DNA of 64,000 nucleotides from Chloroflexota bacterium. GTDB lineage: Bacteria; Chloroflexota; UBA11872; VXOZ01. The stretch lies in contig CAXXVD010000005.1 of NCBI GenBank assembly GCA_963662335.2, positions 608,001-672,000 of the forward strand. The letters run 5' to 3'. The notes beneath the pieces were generated by a model, which was given only the letters and a program-made list of their open reading frames with translations, was not told the origin of the DNA and did no database searches. Shown one piece after another: positions 57,912 through 64,000 of this stretch (the stretch's first letter is position 1; every line of letters begins with the position of its first letter). The translations under genes and the position numbers were made by a program.

Positions 57912-58599
57912 TACTATAGCTCTCCTGAAACTTGCCTATTTGCACGTCGCGCACAATCCGACCATTATCCAACGCTACCACACGGCGGGAGAATCCATCA
58001 ACCACGTCTCGATCGTGCGTGGCGACCAACGTGGTAATGCCAAGCTGATTGATTTGCATAAGCAGCGCGGTAATTTCCCAGGCCGCTTCCGGCGTCAGGC
58101 TGGCGGTCGGCTCATCCGCGATGAAGATTTCCGGCCGGTGCACGATCGCCCGCGCAATCGCCGCCTTGCGCTGTTCGCCGCCGGAGATCTGGCCGGGGAG
58201 GAAGGACGCCTTGCGTTGCAGCCCCACCAACTCCAGCGCGTCCGCGGCCCGTTGCCGCGCCCGCTTGCCCGCGTGCCCTTGCACTTGCAGCGCCAACGCC
58301 ACGTTCTCCGCCACCGTCTTGCCGGGAAAGAGCTTCAAGTCCTGGAAGACGATGCCAAAGCGCCGCCGCAGCATGGGTATCGCGGAACCGCGCAGCAGCG
58401 CCAGGTCTTGGCCGCCCACCAGCACCACGCCGGATGAGGCGCGATCGGCGCGCACCAGCAGGCTGAGCAGCGTGGTCTTGCCAGCGCCGTTGTGCCCCAC
58501 CAGAAAGACGAAGTCGCCTTTGGGAATGCTCAACGTGACGTCGTCGAGCGCGGTGACGCTGAAGTCGTACACTTTGGAGACGTTGCGCAGGACAATCAT
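57898..58599 (-). CDS. ftsE: FtsE-like ABC ATPase, second and divergent copy
   Basis: GHNGAGKTT, IVFQDLKL, ISGGEQ, DEPTASLTP and ATHD motifs. Confidence 0.8.
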   Translation of the reverse strand: MIVLRNVSKVYDFSVTALDDVTLSIPKGDFVFLVGHNGAGKTTLLSLLVRADRASSGVVLVGGQDLALLRGSAIPMLRRRFGIVFQDLKLFPGKTVAENVALALQVQGHAGKRARQRAADALELVGLQRKASFLPGQISGGEQRKAAIARAIVHRPEIFIADEPTASLTPEAAWEITALLMQINQLGITTLVATHDRDVVDGFSRRVVALDNGRIVRDVQIGKFQESYSSATA

Positions 58600-58668
58600 G
58601 AGAACGTAGAGAGAGACGTTGCCAGCGGCGCGACGATACGCGGCGCAGGGATGCGGAAGCGAATTGGC

Positions 58669-59556
58669 CTAGACGGTGAGGAACCGGCGAACCGAGAGGT
58701 AACTCCCCAAAGCGCCGACGACGATGCCAAAGAGAGTCATCATTAAGATTAGACGAAAGAGGTAGGCCGTGTCAAGTGAGACGGGCAGGAAGCTGATCAA
58801 CTGCTGGAGCACTTCGTGGATCGAGACGTAGGCCGCGCCGACGATGAGGGAAGCAAAGAGCGCGCCGAGCAGCCCGAAGAAGATGCCCTCCAGCAGGAAC
58901 GGCCAGCGAATGAAGTGGTCGGACGCGCCCATCAGCCGCAGCACTTCGATCTCGCCGCGCCGCGCGTAGACCGTGAGCCGGATGGTGCTGCCGATGACGA
59001 ACAGGGCGACCAGGGCCAGGCCCGCGCCCAGCGTGTAGCCGAGAATGCGCACGGCCTGGCTGATGCGGATCAGGAGTTCCACCACGTCTTGCGGCAAGAC
59101 CACGTCTTCCACGATCGGCTCCGCCGTCAGCACGCTCGCTTGCTCGCGAAGGTGGTCCGGATCGTCCGAGCGCACGTCCAGGCTGGCGGGCAGAGGATTG
59201 CCGGGCAACGCTTGCAGGAAGTCCGGCTGGTCCGGGAAGGATGCCCGCAGCCGCTCCAACGCCTTCTCTTTGGTAACGTACTCCACGGAGATCATGAGCG
59301 GGTCGTCTTGCAGGCGGCGCTGCAACGCCAGCACGTCCGCCGGCGGCGCGTCGTCATGGAGATAGACGATGAGGTTTACTTGCTCTTCCAGGCTGTCGAT
59401 CATGACCGAGAGGGCATTCTCGACAAGGAGGAACATGCCGAGCGTGGTCATCATGAGGGAGACGATGAGCACCGTAATGACCGTCATGGTGCGATGCCGC
59501 CAGGCGTTTACGACGGCGCTGCCGGAGAGCGTGGCAATATAGCTAAGCGCGGCCAT
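58669..59556 (-). CDS. ftsX: Cell division permease FtsX
   Basis: YVTKEKAL, NPLPAS and TIRLTVYARRGEIEVLRLMGAS...PFLLEG motifs. Confidence 0.93.
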   Translation of the reverse strand: MAALSYIATLSGSAVVNAWRHRTMTVITVLIVSLMMTTLGMFLLVENALSVMIDSLEEQVNLIVYLHDDAPPADVLALQRRLQDDPLMISVEYVTKEKALERLRASFPDQPDFLQALPGNPLPASLDVRSDDPDHLREQASVLTAEPIVEDVVLPQDVVELLIRISQAVRILGYTLGAGLALVALFVIGSTIRLTVYARRGEIEVLRLMGASDHFIRWPFLLEGIFFGLLGALFASLIVGAAYVSIHEVLQQLISFLPVSLDTAYLFRLILMMTLFGIVVGALGSYLSVRRFLTV

Positions 59557-60232
59557 ACTGATAGGTGCCCTCCGCTTCGTCCCGCGCGATCTCGCCGTGC
59601 ACCAACTCCACCACCCGGCGGCGGCTGCGGTTTACCATCTCTTTGTCGTGCGTGGCCATGACCACGGTGGTGCCAAGTTCGTTGATGCGCGCCAGCAGAT
59701 CGACGATTTCGGCGCTGGTGACCGGGTCCAGGTTGCCGGTCGGCTCATCGGCAATCAGCACCTCCGGCTTGCGAATCACCGCCCGCGCGATGGCCACCCG
59801 CTGCTGCTCGCCGCCGGAAAGAGTCAGGGGAAAGGTCTCGGCAAATTGGGAGAGGCCCACCAACGCCAACGTCTGCGGCACCATCTCCTCGATCTCCCGG
59901 CGCGAGCGGTTGGCCACCCGCAACGCCATGGCCACGTTTTCGGCCACGGTCTTGTTCGGCAGCAGCCGGAAATCCTGGAATATCATGCTCACCTTGCGCC
60001 GGTAGAGCGGCAGATGGCGCTGCGGCATCTGCAACACGTTGTGCCCGGCCACGATGATCTGGCCGGTGGAGGGCAGTTCTTCGCGGATCAAGAGACGGAT
60101 GAGGGTGGATTTGCCGGCGCCGCTGACGCCGACGAGAAAGACGAATTCCCGCGGCCCAATCTCCAGGTTGATGTCTTTGAGCGCGTGGATGCCGTTGGCG
60201 TAGACCTTGGAGACGTTCTGCAAGAGAATCAT
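59543..60232 (-). CDS. ftsE: Cell division ATPase FtsE
   Basis: [24 protein letters not shown] and DEPTGNLDP motifs. Confidence 0.93.
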   Translation of the reverse strand: MILLQNVSKVYANGIHALKDINLEIGPREFVFLVGVSGAGKSTLIRLLIREELPSTGQIIVAGHNVLQMPQRHLPLYRRKVSMIFQDFRLLPNKTVAENVAMALRVANRSRREIEEMVPQTLALVGLSQFAETFPLTLSGGEQQRVAIARAVIRKPEVLIADEPTGNLDPVTSAEIVDLLARINELGTTVVMATHDKEMVNRSRRRVVELVHGEIARDEAEGTYQYGRA

Positions 60233-60383
60233 AGCGGGTGCGCCTGCCGCGCATGCGCCTGTGCAGCGGCTTTGCGGTGTGGGGTAAGTACGTGGGCGGT
60301 TGCCCGTCGAGGTTACACTCTATTATACGCTTACCGGCGTGCGCCGTCACTAGGGAGCGCCCGCCCTCTCGCCGCCGGTTCGC

Positions 60384-61601
60384 CTACGCGCTTGGCGACG
60401 ACCGCACCGCCATGCGGGCGCGGTACTTGCCGCCCCGGCGCATCAGCCAGACGTAGAGGACGGTCAGCCCCAGCGGAACCAGCGGCGCCAGCATGAGCGC
60501 GTTGAATGCGGCCGGCAATCCGTAGCTATCCGCGAAGATGCCCACCAGCGGCGTGCCCATGCCGCTGATGCCCCACGCGAAGCCGACCATCATGCCCGAG
60601 GCCATGGCCCGTTGCTTGGGCAGGAGTTCGTGGCTCATCACCACGGTGACGGCGAAGGTCGAGACCGTGAAACCGCCGATGAGCACAAGCATGACCGGCA
60701 GCCAGAAGCCGCTGCCTGCAAGGAAGCCGTAGACGAAGACCGGCACCGGCGCCAGCGACCAGAGCAGCAGCCCTTCTTTGCTGGTGCGGTCGGCCACGTA
60801 GCCGCCGATGAGCGTGCCGATCGCGCCGCTGAAGAGCAGGAAGGGCAGCAAGCCGGCCGCCGCTTCCGGCACGGTCATGCCCAGTTCCGCCACGGCGTAG
60901 AGCGGAATGAACGTGCCGAGACTGACCCAGAAGAAGGAGCGGAGAATGACGATGACCAGCAGCAGGACGAAGGGCGTCAGCACCGGCCGGATGTCCAGCC
61001 AGGCCGCCTTGAGGTCCGGCGGCGCGCTTTCCGTGCCGGTCTCGATGCGCGGCAGCAGCCGCCAGAGCACCAGCGCCATCAGGATGCCCGGCAGCAGCAT
61101 CAGCATGAGCCCGCGCTGCGCCTGCCAGGCGTAGAGCACGGCGACGACCACCGGCCCCGCGGCCACGCCGATGTTGCCGCCCACGGAGAAGATCGAGGTG
61201 CCGGTGCTCTGCCGGTCGCCGCTGTAATAGCCGGCCGCCTTGTAGCCCTCCGGGTGGTAGGCGGCAATGCCCAACCCGCCAATGGCGACGGCAATGAGCA
61301 CCAACCCGTAGACCGGCGCTTGGGTGGCGACGGTGACGCCCACGGCGGCCACCAGCGGCGCGAGCGGCAGCACCCACTTGCCGCTGATGCGGTCGCTGAC
61401 GTAGCCCAGCACCGGCTGGATCGCGCTGGCGGAGAAGCTGTGCGCCGCCGATACCAGCGCCACGGCAAAGTAGGAGAGGCCGAACGTGCTCACGAAGATC
61501 GGCAGCATAGCCGGCAACATGCCGCCATAGACGTCGGCAACGACGTGCCCCACGCTCAGCGTCAGGAGCATGGGCGTATTCATGCGGCGCTCGTTCTTCA
61601 C
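60384..61601 (-). CDS. MFS transporter (Fsr-like)
   Basis: About 12 TM helices; QPVLGYVSDR, AAYHPEG and FSVGGNIG motifs. Confidence 0.9.
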   Translation of the reverse strand: MKNERRMNTPMLLTLSVGHVVADVYGGMLPAMLPIFVSTFGLSYFAVALVSAAHSFSASAIQPVLGYVSDRISGKWVLPLAPLVAAVGVTVATQAPVYGLVLIAVAIGGLGIAAYHPEGYKAAGYYSGDRQSTGTSIFSVGGNIGVAAGPVVVAVLYAWQAQRGLMLMLLPGILMALVLWRLLPRIETGTESAPPDLKAAWLDIRPVLTPFVLLLVIVILRSFFWVSLGTFIPLYAVAELGMTVPEAAAGLLPFLLFSGAIGTLIGGYVADRTSKEGLLLWSLAPVPVFVYGFLAGSGFWLPVMLVLIGGFTVSTFAVTVVMSHELLPKQRAMASGMMVGFAWGISGMGTPLVGIFADSYGLPAAFNALMLAPLVPLGLTVLYVWLMRRGGKYRARMAVRSSPSA

Positions 61602-61769
61602 CGTTGCCCGCGCCCCTCTTGGCTAAATTCGTCGATTGCAGGCCTCTCCCGCTGCCGTTGCAGACACGCGCCGCTTGCCAATCTGCCTAACCCGACTCAT
61701 CAAACGAAAAGCCACACCGCCCTTGCCGGTGTGGCTCGGCTCGTGCCGCGTTGGCTCTTCCCGCGCGCG

Positions 61770-62039
61770 CTACTCGCGGAGTTCCGATTCCGCCAGTGCG
61801 TCCACGCGGACGATTTTGTCAATCTTCGCGTTCGCCCCGTTCCGCGCCTCGCTCGCCGCCTCTTCGCTCTCCGCCTCGTAGAGGCAGTAGCGCTTGCACA
61901 TATCAACGGAAAGATACACGCTGATCCAATCGCAATTGGGCAGTTTCGCGTAGGCGTCGGGCGGCTGCTTCCTGAACTCGCCATGCCTCCCCCGGCTCAA
62001 CTCCGGCGGCAGGCTCCACTCAACGAGAAACGTGGGCGT
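61770..62039 (-). CDS. Small DUF4242-like protein; probable start ACG 62039 (alternative TTG 62066)
   Basis: PTFLVE...YCLYEAESEEA...IDKIVRV pattern; GGAG 8 nt upstream of the ACG. Confidence 0.65.
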   Translation of the reverse strand, partial: TPTFLVEWSLPPELSRGRHGEFRKQPPDAYAKLPNCDWISVYLSVDMCKRYCLYEAESEEAASEARNGANAKIDKIVRVDALAESELRE

Positions 62040-62285
62040 TCTCAGCGCTCCGTGTTCTTTGAACAAGCTATTCGGCTAGCTTCTTTGTAGCAGGAGAGAA
62101 GCGCGTCTGTCAAACGAAATCTATCTGGGCAATAGCAAGACTTGGCCACTCAGTAGTCTATGCGGGTGTATGTCGTGTACTTTAGAGTGTAGAGTGTTAA
62201 CTGGCACGTGTGCTCGTTTCGCGCGGAAAGCACGTGCAATGGCAGTAGGAAGTGGCACAGAGAACTTCCACCGGAGCGAAGGCGT

Positions 62286-62834
62286 ATGGATGAGCTGCTA
62301 AGCGATGGGCGCCTGGTCGCCGGCCTGTTTAGCGCAGGGGCGGTATTGTTCGTGGCTATCTGCGGCGGGCTGATTGCCCTTGGTCGTTGGATGGGCAGTA
62401 CCGGCAAAGAAGTGACGAATTTGGAAAAGACCGCCGCAAGAGACCGGTCTGCGTTCAACAAGGTTGCCGAAGAAATCAAGCGAGACATCGACGTAATCAG
62501 GGAAGACATCAAGAGAATCCTCAATCTGCTCCCGTCAACACCCGCTCTTGTCCAGGGCGACAGCCCACTGCGCCTGACCGAATTCGGGAAGCAGGTTTCC
62601 GCCAGTATGCGTGCCCCGGCCTGGGCCGGCCAGGTGGCGTTGGAGTTGAAGCATGAACTTGCCGGTAAGCAGCCGTACCAAATCGATGCAATGAGCCGCA
62701 AATACGTGCAGGATGATCTCTCAGACGAGATGAAAGAGCGCGTTGCGATCGCTGCATACGAATTCGGCATCGAGGAGGATGGCGTCCATAGAGTGCTGGC
62801 AGTCGTGCTGCGGGACAAGCTGCTGGAGACCTAG
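62286..62834 (+). CDS. Hypothetical protein: TM helix, coiled coil, C-terminal domain
   Basis: Hydrophobic N-terminus; heptad pattern EEIKRDIDVIREDIKRIL. Confidence 0.7.
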   Translation: MDELLSDGRLVAGLFSAGAVLFVAICGGLIALGRWMGSTGKEVTNLEKTAARDRSAFNKVAEEIKRDIDVIREDIKRILNLLPSTPALVQGDSPLRLTEFGKQVSASMRAPAWAGQVALELKHELAGKQPYQIDAMSRKYVQDDLSDEMKERVAIAAYEFGIEEDGVHRVLAVVLRDKLLET

Positions 62835-62912
62835 ACCAACACCCACGCGGAGTATCAGGCAAGCAACGGGAAGGTGCTAGTCCTCGGCTATCGGTATCCT
62901 GGCAGTTTGCAG

Positions 62913-63104
62913 TCACCCAAGCGGGATTACGTCGAACAGTCGACCGAGAATGATGATAAGGAGCGCGAATTGCACGCCAATTGCCCACTTGAGCGTTTTG
63001 ATGTCGCCCTTCAATTCGCCGCGCAAAGCCTCCACGTCAGCCTTCGTCGCCAAGTGGTCGTAGCCGCCCTCCAGGCGCGCTACCCGATCTTCCAGCGATG
63101 CCAT
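62913..63104 (-). CDS. Small CCDC90/DUF1640-like coiled-coil protein with C-terminal TM anchor
   Basis: LATKADVEALRGELKGDIKTLKW followed by a hydrophobic helix. Confidence 0.7.
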   Translation of the reverse strand: MASLEDRVARLEGGYDHLATKADVEALRGELKGDIKTLKWAIGVQFALLIIILGRLFDVIPLG

Positions 63105-63325
63105 CAAACCGCATCCCTCTTGCCAGCCTGCATGAAGTAGCTCTCAAGCACATGTTCAATGCGGCGCACTTGCTCAGTCAAGCCCTCGACGAGACCTTCA
63201 ATCCGAGCGATTCGCTCTCCCAGCCGCGATTCCATTTGTGACATTCTCGTCTCGAACCGCCACAGCAGCACGGCAAAGGTCGCAATCGCCACGATCACCG
63301 GCGCCCAATCGGAAATACTATCCAT
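63104..63325 (-). CDS. Small hypothetical protein: N-terminal TM helix and coiled coil
   Basis: VIVAIATFAVLLW then RLGERIARIEG; TGATG overlap with the next gene. Confidence 0.7.
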   Translation of the reverse strand: MDSISDWAPVIVAIATFAVLLWRFETRMSQMESRLGERIARIEGLVEGLTEQVRRIEHVLESYFMQAGKRDAV

Positions 63326-63448
63326 CACCGCGTGCTCTTTTCCAATGCTTTATGCCTTTTAGTATACACACTGTGACAATTACGATCTTGTCAACCCGAC
63401 AGAATCCCGTAGAAGATGAAGGCGTAAGCGATGAATTGGGGGCGATAC

Positions 63449-63727
63449 TTACTCGCTGGGAGGATAGAAAGACTCGATGTAGGATGCATTATCCGTGAAT
63501 TCTCGAATCGCCTTTGATTCAAAGTAGTCTATGGTGCCGCTTGCCAACGCCACTGAACGCATCTTCTGGAAGATTCGTGCCCCTATCTTGTGGATTATGT
63601 CATTCGATTCGTCCCCTGGAGTCAGCAACGCAACTGCGTATTGCCTCGCTGTAATCGGGTCAATGTCTATCTTGCGAAGTGCCGTCGTGAGCTTGTCAAG
63701 TTCGGGGTGATTACATGCGGTAGACAT
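63449..63727 (-). CDS. Hypothetical protein in the low-GC segment
   Basis: AGAAGGGG RBS-like sequence before ATG; no recognisable motif. Confidence 0.45.
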   Translation of the reverse strand: MSTACNHPELDKLTTALRKIDIDPITARQYAVALLTPGDESNDIIHKIGARIFQKMRSVALASGTIDYFESKAIREFTDNASYIESFYPPSE

Positions 63728-64000
63728 AGTATAGGTTTCCCCTTCTGCTGAGGGTGCTGATACACACCCGCCGGTGAGGTTTGTTCACACATACTGCTAG
63801 ACTACTCCTCCTCAAGGTTAGAATCGAAACCTAGGGCTAATGCCACCTTGCGTAGAGTTTTCCCCAAAGCTTGCTACCATGCACACCCGGCCGCTCTAAA
63901 CCGTTCTATCAGCGCGTCATGGTACTTGGTAATGCCAGGACTGTCGGTAGTTCCATGAATCGCGTCACTCATTGCTGTCCCAGCATCACTTGCTATGACG

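Overview
A GC-rich bacterial chromosomal window, mostly housekeeping genes. Gene content and style (long GreA, zinc-ribbon/radC pair, Tat lipoprotein SBPs, several PhyH paralogues, many REP families) suggest a Chloroflexota-like organism; this is an inference. It holds about 55 CDS and three tRNAs (Leu-CAG, Gly-CCC, Arg-GCG). A metal-uptake island contains a divergent methyltransferase, an Opp/Nik-type ABC system and znuACB, with two near-identical promoter/Fur-family-box blocks. Other recognisable genes are accDA, ppc, hflKC, nfeD-stomatin, murJ, tatA, pepP-efp-accB-like, a DrrAB-type exporter and an ftsE-ftsX-ftsE-envC-like operon. Intergenic DNA is dense with REP palindromes and carries two copies of a MITE-like element. 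The last ~2 kb is lower in GC and encodes small membrane coiled-coil proteins. The strongest leads are: an AccB-like protein lacking the biotinylation lysine; GreA fused to a tyrosine-recombinase core-binding-like domain; the co-regulated metal island with a possible variant cobalamin riboswitch; apparent ACG start codons; two divergent FtsE copies; an MMPL-LysM fusion; and an RGDF-repeat mini-ORF in frame with murJ. No CRISPR array, transposase or intact integrase was seen. All family calls come from motif recognition, not database searches.
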